From positions 1-64,000 of the forward strand of contig JAAPAO010000035.1 in NCBI GenBank assembly GCA_013115145.1: DNA of 64,000 nt, read 5' to 3'. The position numbers and the translations under genes were made by a program. Positions 22,421 to 33,500 of the stretch are shown in pieces. The DNA is from Perkinsus chesapeaki ATCC PRA-425. Lineage: Eukaryota > Protista > Perkinsozoa. Below the pieces are notes generated by a model. The model had not been told where the DNA came from. It searched no databases and worked only from the letters and a program-made list of their open reading frames with translations. Every line of letters starts with the position of its first letter. The first letter of the stretch is position 1.

Positions 22421-23136
22421 ATGCGGTTCACATATCCATTTTTCATGCCCTACCTCCTTGTCTGTGGGATGAGTTTTTTCGATCAAATCGAGATTGAAGC
22501 TCCTGATTCTCTACAAGAACTCCAGGCGTCGGAGCCAATGCCAACTTCAACACCAACCCCCAACAGTATGATCGGTCAAGACTCGCCCACAGGAACGCCT
22601 AGCTTCTTTCACTTATTTGCCGAAGGCTCGTTCACAACAGGGTCTCTGGAGCTCACAGATACTACGACAGCAAAGATGAGCTCACCTGGTGGAGTGAATG
22701 AGGAAAGAGGTCCTCCTACAACTCCTACAACCGGCATTTTCGATGGGCTCTCCATTGAGAGCCCATTTACTACAAGAGCCGGCCTGTTCGACGGCATAAC
22801 GTTGGATACTATCCCCACTTCAACTTCGGTATCGCCAAAGGAGATTCGGCCTGAAGGCACTCAGGCTCCGAGGATAAGAAGTCAGCTAAGACAACCAAGA
22901 GATGAACAGAGTTACTTCGGTTTATTAACTGCTCTTACAATAATCTCCGGATTTATTTTGCTGGTTCTGCTACTACAGCTTCTAAGCCTCAAGAAGATAG
23001 CGCTCAACACCCTACAGCCGGCAGATCAAAGGTAAGACGGCAATACCACAATTGATGCAGGAATTTAACTTGTTTCAGGTACAGGGTGAATACCGAAACT
23101 ATACCAGCCGCAGACATGCTGAAGATACGGTATTAG
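22421..23136 (+). CDS. surface protein copy F (exons 22421-23031, 23079-23136; 222 aa)
   Basis: Signal peptide, SFFDQIEIEAP, GIFDGLSIESP and GLFDGITLD motifs, SY-TM(LLLQL), ADQR|YRVNT...IRY*. Confidence 0.85.
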
Positions 23137-23245
23137 GACTATAAGTGAAAACCGAAAGACGCTGCATGGGGTACTGTACCACTGATGGATGTTTAGTGTT
23201 GCACTGCACGTCTTGGGTTAATAGTTGTGACTCGGAGATAGCGAA

Positions 23246-23783
23246 CTAAGCGGCCATCTTGTGTGAGGTGATTCTTCTCAACCAGATATACGATCGAAAC
23301 CTCGCAACACGCGTAATAACTAATCGGTTAAGTATTAAGTAATGGAGAGATTTTCGCCGTTCGCACGAACTTCTAACCCGTAGAGCTTTCCCAAAATGCG
23401 TTTGCAGCTTACACCGCATAGATTCCTGATAAGGGGTTCCCGCATAATCACCCTCAGTAGGGGTACCCCACCAAACAACGATATCATAGCCCCGTGGAAT
23501 AACGTAATGAATTCTGCAGTCACTGCAGACCCGATCTTCCATCACTACCTCATGTTAAAGGGGAATCATCCGGTATTCTGGGAGAAAGCGGATTCAAAAT
23601 GGAGATGCCTCTCCTCTCGCCTTCTTCAAATGCCCAGAGGGCCCCTCCAATAGAGGCGTCCTCAGACCTGCCTCTCCAATCACCCGTCACGCCGATTACT
23701 GCATCCACGTCGTGGCAAATTACCAGTAGACGGCATCGAGGCTGCATTCTATGAACTGCCCAGTATTGACAGACTCCCCTCAC
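23246..23783 (-). CDS. possible spliced hypothetical protein
   Basis: Adjacent minus-strand ORFs (23550-23783, 23246-23545) downstream of PSMB3, with no recognised motif. Confidence 0.25.
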
Positions 23784-23895
23784 ATGAAGCCCTCTATGCG
23801 AAATTCAGAGTTCTCATGAGACAACACAATCCGAGGATATAGACGAAACCAATCATCGCTATTCAGGTGTACTAGGGGACCACGGATCACTACGC

Positions 23896-24861
23896 TTAAT
23901 CCATTCTGCCCTTGAGTGTCTTAGTGATTAACTGACAAGAAATGTGATAATACCTGAGCCCTAATACCATCCACTCCATTACTACCTCCTTATCTGTGAG
24001 AATATAAACAACACCACCCCACCCGGAGAGGCAATCGCGATCGATACCAGAAAGGAGGGACTGGCCGAGCACCTAAGTAGTACAGCATTATACCACAAAT
24101 GAGGCCTTCCCCACAGCTACCTCAGCGAGCTCGTCCGGGCCCATTCCTTCCCTCCAGAAGCTCTCCGCAACTCCCATCAACTGCTCTGTTGCTGTGCCAG
24201 AGACAATGAAATCAGGAGCGGTAGACTCAGTGCCTAACGGTCGACAAATATAAGAGCCATCGCCACGGTAATGACTCCTACCGATGAGGTCAAACGAGGA
24301 GATGAAAGGCTCCCCATCGCTCTTAAGACCAGCAATCACAGGCTCACAGAAATAGGGGCCGAATCTACGAGAAACACTTGCTATAGCCAACAGCTCAATC
24401 TTGCCGCCCACCGCTTCTCATAGAGCATTGTGGCCATCAAGTGGCTCACCACATCACACGGCATCTCACGGTCTTCCTTCAACTTGTATAATTTCAAGCG
24501 GAACTTCAAAAGCTGTGCCCTGGCAAAAGCACCGAACGTTACCCATACCCTGCTGAGACCCGAGTATTACAGAGTTTGAGAATCAGTAGCCAGACCCTGG
24601 AAGCCCACCAGGCACCGAGTGGTCATCGGATACACTTTCTCCATGTTGGCAGAGACAGTCTGTAGCTGGTTAACACCAAACCTTCGATCACAGGCCTGAC
24701 AGAACATTACGTGGCGCGCGGTAAAGTGTATATTACTATTCCAACGCAGCCTTCTCCCTTCATGGCGATCACACTGCCACCATTATACTCCATAATGTTT
24801 TGTCCGGACTAAATGCAATATACCGCTAACCGATTCACCCGAAATCCAGCGGACTTACCAT
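23896..24861 (-). CDS. PSMB3: proteasome subunit beta type-3, multi-exon
   Basis: M|..EYNGGSVIAMKGEGCVGI, CDRRFGVNQLQTV, RRFGPYFCEPVIAGL, PFISSFDLIG, DFIVSGTATEQLMGVAESFW, VLGQSLLSGIDRDCLSGWG and KTLKGRMD*. Confidence 0.95.
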
Positions 24862-25088
24862 GTTGTTGAAAGAGTCTGCCAGAAAGATGAAAAACTCACT
24901 AACAGCAACAATAACCGCTACTCCCCATTCCTCCACTTAACGCAACACCCTCGAATCGGGTAGCAATGAAATTATATCAGTTGTGACAGCGGCGGCTTTC
25001 CAAACGTCTTGAGGTGCAGCAAGCGTTGCATGAGGGATCAAATTACACTAAGGCCTTCGCGCTCGGGCGGGCCAATACAAAATAAAGT

Positions 25089-25995
25089 CTATTGAGGTTT
25101 GTTGGTCGACCCAAGAGCAACCTGAGAGCGATATACCCTTCCCGTCCAACCCCTAGTTACTACCGGTGCCGAATGAGCGGCAGAGCTCTGCGCTGGAGCT
25201 GCCTGCTGCTCGCTTCCTGGTAAAGTAGTAGGCAAGTAAGTAGGAGCTGATGGGCCCTGAACTCCGAAACAAGTGCATTCCACTAAGCTCAGAGTGCTAT
25301 TACCGCAAGTAGCTCATTTTGCTTGTCCATGGCCACTTCCTCCTCCAACATTGAGAACTCGACCTCCAGTGAGACATCATCGCATCCCTCGGGCAAGTTG
25401 TAGTTCCTGCCGAGGATATCGTTGATCTCATCCTGGTCCATCATAAGATCCTAAAGTCAAGCTAAGATACTCCCGAGGCCGGCCAGTCTACCGCCATGTC
25501 ATCTACGACATCCTCAACATGGTCGATGTTAAACTGATTCATCTGGGCCTTCATTGCATGATTCGCAACCTTCATCGACTCAACAACGTTAATATTCGTT
25601 TGCATCTGCTCCTGTGTGAACGCTGCCTGATAAAACCACCTTTGGGTAGCTCCGAAAGATACCCTCCTCTACCTGGTCCACATTGAACTGAGTGTTCATG
25701 AGCTGGTCCCGTTGAGCCTCATACATCTTCTTCCTCTTAAGGACCGCCAAAGCCCTTTGCTTAGCCCCAGCCGCGCCGGACCTGGTTGCCATCTGCTGCT
25801 TGTACCTAAGATATTTTATCCTCCTCTCAGAGACCCCCTTGTACCCTACTTAATAAGCTCCTCGTCACACTGTTTAATTTTCTTATCTAACAAGCTGGTA
25901 CGACTGTCCAAGTGTTCGCTTGTCTCGGCTAGCGAAGGCCCAGTAGGAGCCGGCGGGGCCTCCTTTTTCTTACCAACCCCGAAGATTCTGTTCAT
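25089..25995 (-). CDS. CHMP5: ESCRT-III SNF7-family protein CHMP5/Vps60, multi-exon
   Basis: MNRIFGVGKKKEAPPAPTGPSL...LDKKIKQCDEELIK and AKQRALAVLKRKKMYEAQRDQLMNTQFNVDQ. Confidence 0.9.
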
Positions 25996-26599
25996 TCGAG
26001 TCTATTAACAAAACTGATCCATCTTATTTTACGTCAACAACCCCTCAATGGTCCAACAACACTACCATCATCAAACACTGTGCCGGGCGAGCGCGGTTAC
26101 ATTTGCACGCATGCACAAAGGCTCGTTTAAGCATCTGGACGTGCTCATTCCGGCTATACTTAGGGCCGGTCGCTCCCGTATGACCGTTGCTCCGTATGAC
26201 CCCGGTTGGGGTCACTAATCTGGAGGTATAAGTCTTGCATCGTGGGATTCAAACTGATCGATTATCTTAGCGATCGGTATTTCGCGCACCTAGCACGCTG
26301 CCCACTTGTGGACATGTCTGGTGATGACGGCTGTTTTATTGACTGAGTTAACTCAAATAGTGCGTGCGGTCTTATTAACGACATATACAACAACACTCTG
26401 AATCTTTAACACTGTTAACATCATTAGTGTCGCCCATAATTTATATATTTCCCGACACTCCACTACATCGTCGATTTTAACATTTTACCATCTTCCATGA
26501 TTCGTCAATAACTCAGGGGAACCTGTCTTAGAACATCTGATCAAAGTAGATCTTCTACTTACCTCAAAATAAGCATCACTGACTAGCTTTAATATTTAA

Positions 26600-27560
26600 T
26601 CTTCCTCGTCTTTCACTCTCCCAGTGGGCGTTATCACTTGTCGATGTGTACATGTATTGTTGGTCCCATAGAAGCCACGTACGGTAGCGGTTCAATAGGA
26701 GATGGGATCATCACTATCTGCCGACTCAACGCGGTTATTATACTCGTTGTTGAACTCTCCACAACCTTCAGGAATAAGTGCGGTTCCTCTTCCGATTTAA
26801 CTGGTAAACATATAATAGGATGGTCCATGGTCCGCGAATAATCCAAACCACATTTCTTGAGCAACATCTGCATAGCCTTATCCTCTCGAGCTTCTATCTT
26901 GAAGCATTTCGAGTAACGGTCTTTGAACCTCCGCATTGCGTTGTGAGTACATTCATGTAAAGCACTATGACCAATTAAAGGCTTATCATCGATAGTAGCT
27001 CTAACTCCCAATATATCCTTCCAAAAGGTCACTCTCATATGGACTGAATCTATGCAGTGTGATAGGCTACCATCTATAGATTTTGAGACATAGCTTCCCG
27101 GTGGTATGCTCTGTGTAGAGTCTATAGGCTGCTTACTTCCACCAATTACTTTGGTTATTAGCTAATACCATATAATAATAAACATACGACGGCAGTAGGT
27201 CAACTTCATTACGGAGACAGGAGGAGAGAACTAGTGGGATTGTACATTTACTGCATATTGCAAGATTGGTAATCACTTTGCTGCGTGGTGGAATCGAAAA
27301 ACTGAGACCTGTGAGGCCAGGAGTGTTTGTTGGTAATGCAGTTGTAGACAGTGCACCCTGACAGTATATCGCGAGGAGGTAGGCATTAGTGAGTGTTGAT
27401 GCCTAGATTGCAGGCGTAATGCCTCGGCATCGGAGTCTTATTTTTGGCGTGTGTTGTAGCAGTGGTGACGGAAGAAAACTGAAAGAATAGAAAAATGTAG
27501 AATTAGTAGTGCACGACGGGAATCTCCAAGAGCGCGAATGTGGGATGGTGAGAGTAGTAG
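26600..27560 (-). CDS. hypothetical protein, multi-exon
   Basis: 134-aa ORF 26634-27038 looks coding, with further exon-like segments upstream. Ends are approximate. Confidence 0.35.
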
Positions 27561-27958
27561 ATGAGATTGACAAATGGACGGCGACCCTCCCAAGTGGTTG
27601 AGTAGTAAGAGTGCTGTCAGACGGACAGCATGACAGGCTAATGTGCGAGTGGGGAAAGAAGGAGAGCGTGTGAAAAAACTGCGTTATTATACAGCTATTA
27701 TCAATGCTAATATTATATCACATTGGCCGGGCATACTTTCGTGAAGTAAGATGCAGCGATTGACGCTCGAATACAAATACGAATTAGTGACCGAAGCCGC
27801 TCCATCTCGACCCTGCTTAACTTTCATAGTTGAGCCGCTGCATTATAGGTACATTAGCACCGGAAAGTGGCTGCTTCAGTGTATCACGGTTTTGCTCTCG
27901 ATTGTTTCCTTCTCCGTCGGTCTTTGCAGCACGGGTTCGGTAAACGAAACATGTCCCG

Positions 27959-28786
27959 TTGGGAATTGGCGTACTTTCATTAAACATTCTTTCCATCTGC
28001 TTCATCTCCTGTCTGGATGTCTTGCGTTGGCAGTTCTTATTTGGTTATAAGGGACCGTGTCATGGGAAATTGGCATCCAAACCTCAAGGCTGGCGACTCA
28101 AATCAGGTCCTTCGGTAACTCCTATAAAACAGGTTGATCAAAGCATTGATTATACTGTAGGCCAGTACCAAGTCTATGTGCGCAATCAACCCGACCACAG
28201 TGTGGCTTTTCCAATGGGAAGTTTACCTTCACTTTACCCGATTTGCAACTTTAAGTGGTTTTCTCGTTGTAACTCATATGCTTCAGTTCCCTCTTTCCCT
28301 ATGCTTTCGTCTCTTGCCAGCTTGAGTCAGCATGCAGCCCCAACGAGAGCAATAGCAAATCCGTTCGCTGCTGGGCAGCAGCGGTGGAAGATTCATCTCT
28401 CAAAGTCTGTCATATGGCGTTTTTACAACCGCCTTAATGTTCGACGGAAGTATAAGACAGCCATTAGGAGAGGACGAATGGTAATGGAACGGGGATGGTT
28501 TGGAACACCGGTCCCTGTTGAGCTTCACAGCGCTTCTCGTGTCCTTCTCTCTTTGTTCCTGGTACATAAATTTCTCGAATTCATGCGCCTTGTTTCAAGT
28601 CCATATTTCCACCTGGCACGGTGGAAACAGTGCCCTTGTTTATTAAGTGAGTTCTGGGATCCAGAATCGATGCTAGGTCGTTCTGTACGTGTACAAAGGG
28701 GTTTTGAAACTGATCCTGAGTGCCAGATTCATTTATTCAACGACCCTAGTTTTCTGACCTTACTACACATTCCTCGGTCCACTTGA
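27959..28786 (+). CDS. hypothetical protein (likely start near 28301, MLSSLASLSQ...)
   Basis: 275-aa ORF. The distal part is basic and could follow a mitochondrial-type presequence. No family recognised. Confidence 0.4.
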   Translation: MGIGVLSLNILSICFISCLDVLRWQFLFGYKGPCHGKLASKPQGWRLKSGPSVTPIKQVDQSIDYTVGQYQVYVRNQPDHSVAFPMGSLPSLYPICNFKWFSRCNSYASVPSFPMLSSLASLSQHAAPTRAIANPFAAGQQRWKIHLSKSVIWRFYNRLNVRRKYKTAIRRGRMVMERGWFGTPVPVELHSASRVLLSLFLVHKFLEFMRLVSSPYFHLARWKQCPCLLSEFWDPESMLGRSVRVQRGFETDPECQIHLFNDPSFLTLLHIPRST

Positions 28787-29102
28787 GGTTTTGTCTCGAT
28801 TTAAAGATCGTGAAAAGTTTTCGAATTGATTGAAGATGCCTTAACTCGACCGGTAGATGGTGTAGATTATCAGGGCCCGTCCCTCAGGTATGGAAGGACG
28901 GTCAAGTGCAGTTCCCCAAGATAGGCATAGCAGGTTACGATGACCACAAGAATGCCTACAGGGGGAAGATAGAGAACTGTCGAGCACCTCGGATATGGTT
29001 CGTAGATTAGCTTGCATGTGGCAATGTGAACCGGTTTCTGTGATCCTTGCCGGACTGTAGTGTTATTAAAGTCACCAGGAAACCAGCGCGGCACAGGATG
29101 TA

Positions 29103-32100
29103 TTGGTTTTTAATTCAATGACCACCCTTACGCGATACACTCGGCCAATAACAGTTCTGAGGCCTTATTTGTGGAACGTGTCGAGAAGGTACTTTTCAAC
29201 ACGGCCATGGACAACCGAGGAGGATACTAGGCTCGTCCAGATCTGTGGGGATACCATGAAGTACTCCGCCAGTGAATGCCGACCGCACGCTGCTGTCAGG
29301 GCCCTGCCAGCATGGGTGGCCACAACTAGCGTCTCCCAGTTGATTGATCGTTCCCTTCGTCGAGCATCCCGAGGGGAAGCCATTCTGGAAGGAAGGAGCT
29401 CGGAGGAGCTGCTCGGCCGGATTCGGGACTTGGGCTTGGAGAGCAGGGACAGCGATCGAAGAGTAGGGAATATGCCTGCACTCGACCAGTCTCGCTATCA
29501 GTGGCTTTCCTGCCTCAAACGGAGGCTATCGCAGCTGAACAGGGAGACCGCGGTGGATGCCGACTTCGACCCCGACCACGTGGCCACAACTTTATTAGGT
29601 GACGCTTCTTGTCCAGTTCGTATGACCGTACAACTCTCAGCACCTGTCGGAAAGAAAGCTCCCGAATCGCCAAGCCTGTCCCCGTTGGCTTTCTGCTACT
29701 TCCTCCAGATCTGTTGTCTTCAACCAAGACTATCCCGTATAATGATGGACAGAGTCATTCAACACCTTCATCTCACCGATAGCAGCTTCAGCGGTGATTT
29801 TAGAGCAGCCAAGTAAGACAACCTCAACCGTCGTCAAATCTTCCTTGCTTGCGCTCTTACAGTGTAAAACCGTTAAGGTCTCTAGACACCATGTGAAGCT
29901 TTACGGTATGCCTATAGATCGCCCCTGACCCCAATTAGGTGTCTCAGGGAGAAACTCCCACCCGTTATTGGCCTAGCTTTGCCTGCGGCACTCACGCGTT
30001 GCGCACAACTCGAATTAATGATGCGAGGGATCTGCAGTCTAGAAGATGCGTACTGCGTAATTGTTATCGGATTCAACTCACCTTACAGTCGTATAGGAAC
30101 TGCTAGGTGGACTTCCAGGTTCTTCCACAACCAAGCAGTCGCCATTGTTCGGGAACAGGCCGATGCTATAGCGGATGCATACGTCAACTTCAAACGAGAA
30201 CTCAAGATTAACGTAAGAAAGTTAGGCCGTGAACTGACGGCCCATCCGTGATGAGTCTCCCAACGTGTGCGAGCAGACGGCCACGTAGACTTTTGGGCGC
30301 TCAGCGAATGAATAATGGTCTATTAGTATGACCCAGCGCAGCTGGTTGTGGAGCTCATGTCTCTTTATCAACTGCGGCATGCAGCTCTGACTGTTGCCTT
30401 ACCGACTGAGTTGAGCCTGTTTTTCAAGTGTCGTAAGTCACATCTTTCAGGTGGTCCTTCAAGACGTCCTCACTTCTACCTCTGAAGTCCGTTTCCTGCT
30501 GGATATGGGCCAAGGACGGTACAGCTCTTCACACTACTTAGACGACAGCCGCATGTGGAGCTATGCTAGAGGCGATGTGTTCCTCATCGGCAAAGCCCAT
30601 CCAGATCAGCTCACCACCCTGGACTTTACCGATTCAGTTAAGCTCGCTTATCTCCCTTTTTACTGCGATTTGCTCACATGCTCCTCTCAATCTAACTGGC
30701 AACACAGAGACGGCCTTCCCCGTTTTTGTTGTAACCGTGGTCGTTTCGGAAGTCGCCGAAATCAAGCCGAGCATTCATCTGTCGCTCTTTCTAGTGTCAT
30801 TCAACGCAGTACCGATATCTACAGCGAATTATAAGATACTGTAGAATGCCGTCTGGATCTCCCGTGGAATGTCTACCATTGTTACTAGCATACCGAAAAC
30901 CATTATGCTTTTCGTGAACTCAAATTGTTATTTTATACTACCGCTCTCTCTCCAACTTTGCCCCTTTCAGTGTTCCCAAGCCTACAAGGCTGATACGGAG
31001 TACTTGGCGTATCCACGACTGCGAATCCATACTAACACTCCACTGCAGCAACAGACCATCACCGTCAACTGTGCTGCCTGCGGGCAGTCCGAGCTCAAAG
31101 TCAACGCTGGCGAGCACCTCAAGGGTGACGGCTACCTCCGCTCCTGCGTACATATCTCCCTCATCGCAGGCGCAACTCGTCTGAAGTGCAAATGCCAGAG
31201 CTCTGGGCGAAGACCTCATCCGCAGCCCCCAGTTCAGTTCCCCACCGATGAGCTCTGGCTTGGCAAGGTGACACGAGTAGCGCAGAGTGGCAGTCTCGGA
31301 GAGCTGCGCCTCAAGGTAGCGGGGGTGTCATTGCCTAGAGCACAGACGCTTAGGTATTTCCAGCCTCCTCGGGTGCCTTGGCGGAACTCCTAAGCTCTGA
31401 TGGAGAAGACGCGAGAGTGGCGACAACTCCAGTGTCGGTTTTCAAGGCGGCCCTAGACGACGGACGGGTTGACTGGCTCTGCGCTCCCGTGACCGCCAAC
31501 ATACCGCAGGTAGGCAGCTACGTGGCCAATGCAGCTGCAGAATGGTGAGGAGCTCAGATTACTAGTCGAGTGCTCTCGGCAGTGTTTGCCCTGTGCGCCA
31601 ACGATCCTACCCGACAATCTCCCTTCGTTCGTCGGTTGCTGCTGGAAGGCCATCCACAGGCCGCTGAGGAGAGGATAGCCTGGATTCCCGAGGTAAGGGT
31701 CGCTGTCTTCCCATGCCCTACTGCAGCCTAATCGCTTACTTAGCCCTCCAACGAGGATTTAAGGACCCTCGCAGAGTCCCAGAAATCCGCGGTCAGGGCG
31801 GCTGTGGCCTCCCGCTGCACTCTTATCCAAGGCCCCCCAGGCACCGGCAAGACCTTCGCTGTGGTGGCCATCGTCAAGCACTGGCTGAGGTTCAATTCCC
31901 ACGCCTGCTGTTTTTCACGTCCCCTCTCTTGCAGGACCAATCCTGAGTTTCCCATAATGGTGTGTGCTGGAACCCATGCCGCGAGGGCCCTGCTCCACAC
32001 CCAACTCGAGGCCGAGGGCATCACCGTGACAGCCGTACCAGCTTATATCGGTGACTATGGTGAGACCACGAGGCGGCGTATGGAGCGAGGTGAGCGCGGA

Positions 32101-33500
32101 GGAACTCCCCGGCGCAAAGACAACTTCAGATACTACCAAGCCTGGCACCGTATACGTAGAGACAGTCTATAGCGCTGCGCTAGTTGCTGACAGAAAGCTG
32201 ACTCGTGTTATCGTGGACGAGGCCAGTCAGCTTACCGTAGCAGGTACCCTTCTGCCGATCATGCAGGTAAGCACCACCATTGCCGTGTTCCCACTTCACA
32301 CTTCCTCTCCTCCAGGGAGCCGAGCAGGTTGTCCTACTGGGTGACGATCGACAGTTATCAGCGGTCAGTGGTGGCCTCAGTCTATTTGATGAGCTTCTCG
32401 CCTCCGAGTAAGCCATACCTGATCAAGCGATGGCGCGGAGATTTGCCCGTGGCTTGTACCTTTCACTGAGTGAAATTCACTCCATCAATTGTCCAGCTTC
32501 CAGTAAGGCACAGGTTAATCCTCATTTTCAGGTTGATTGCGCCCAAGTTTCTATCGGAGCAGTTTCGGATGCATCCCGAAGTGGCAGCCTTTTCAAGCCG
32601 GCACTTCTACGACGACCAGCTAACCTGTCATCCGAGCTGGCGCTCGAAGGCTTGGCCAGCTCTCCCCTTGCCAGACATATTTCACAGTCGGGTCGCCTCG
32701 GACAACGGAGACCGTGTCATCTTTGTCGATACCGGAGGTGGGCCGCAACTGAGTGAACCGCGCAGTTTCTCTTTAGGTGCCACTCGAGAGGCATTCGACA
32801 AAGGCTGCGATAGCTACTACAACGCTCAGGAGGCTGACGCCGTGGCACTGATGGTGGACTCACTCCTAGCCTCAGGGGCCAGGGACGCAGATGTGAGCAA
32901 TGCCGACGTGACGGAGGAGATTTGAACCATCTCAGGTGGGAGTTGTCACCCCCTATGCCGCACAAAGGACATATATTCGGCGCCAACTGCATCTCTTATC
33001 AGCGAACATCGTGGAGGGCGCCTATGCAGATAGAATATCTCGGAGGTACCCGCCTCGAATGTCGACTAGTGACTTTGTTTCTCAGATCGATGACATCGAA
33101 GTCCGGTCCGGATCCGACCATCGACTCAGTTGACGCCTTTCAAGGAAGCGAACGTTCTTGGATCGTCTTTTCAGCTGTGAGGCTATCTGCTGGTTCCCTC
33201 CGAGCACTCAGCAATGACAGGTCCGAAGCAACCCGGAGTTGTCGGTTGGATTTCTTAACGACTATCGTCGCGTTAATGTGATGCTCACTCGAGCACGTTA
33301 TGGAGTAAGTTGGCCGTAGACCGCTGCTCTAGCAGTTCGCGCTGCTACATAGGTTGTGGTGATTGGCGATGGAGAAACCCTGCACGCCTCCCGTCCTTGG
33401 AGAGCGTGGTTGGATTGGGTGCAAGACCATGGCAAGATTATCAGACTGGACAAGGACGCGCTCAAAGAAATAGCAGAGGTACGCAGTATTGTCAGCCACA
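29103..33500 (+). CDS. UPF1/DNA2-NAM7-like superfamily 1 helicase, multi-exon, possibly with N-terminal Myb-like region
   Basis: [10 protein letters not shown] (motif I), VIVDEASQ (II), LLGDDRQL (III), [50 protein letters not shown] and [11 protein letters not shown] (VI). Inclusion of 29103-29816 is inferred and the 3' end is approximate. Confidence 0.85.

Noticed and set aside
24710-24722. GTGGCGCGCGG resembling the 61.6-kb motif
   Set aside because: Single copy inside a PSMB3 intron.
1813-26040. Recurring GACGTGACGT / ACGTCAAC words (about 1813, 9740, 15447, 26034)
   Set aside because: Short, few and inconsistently placed relative to genes, so chance cannot be excluded.
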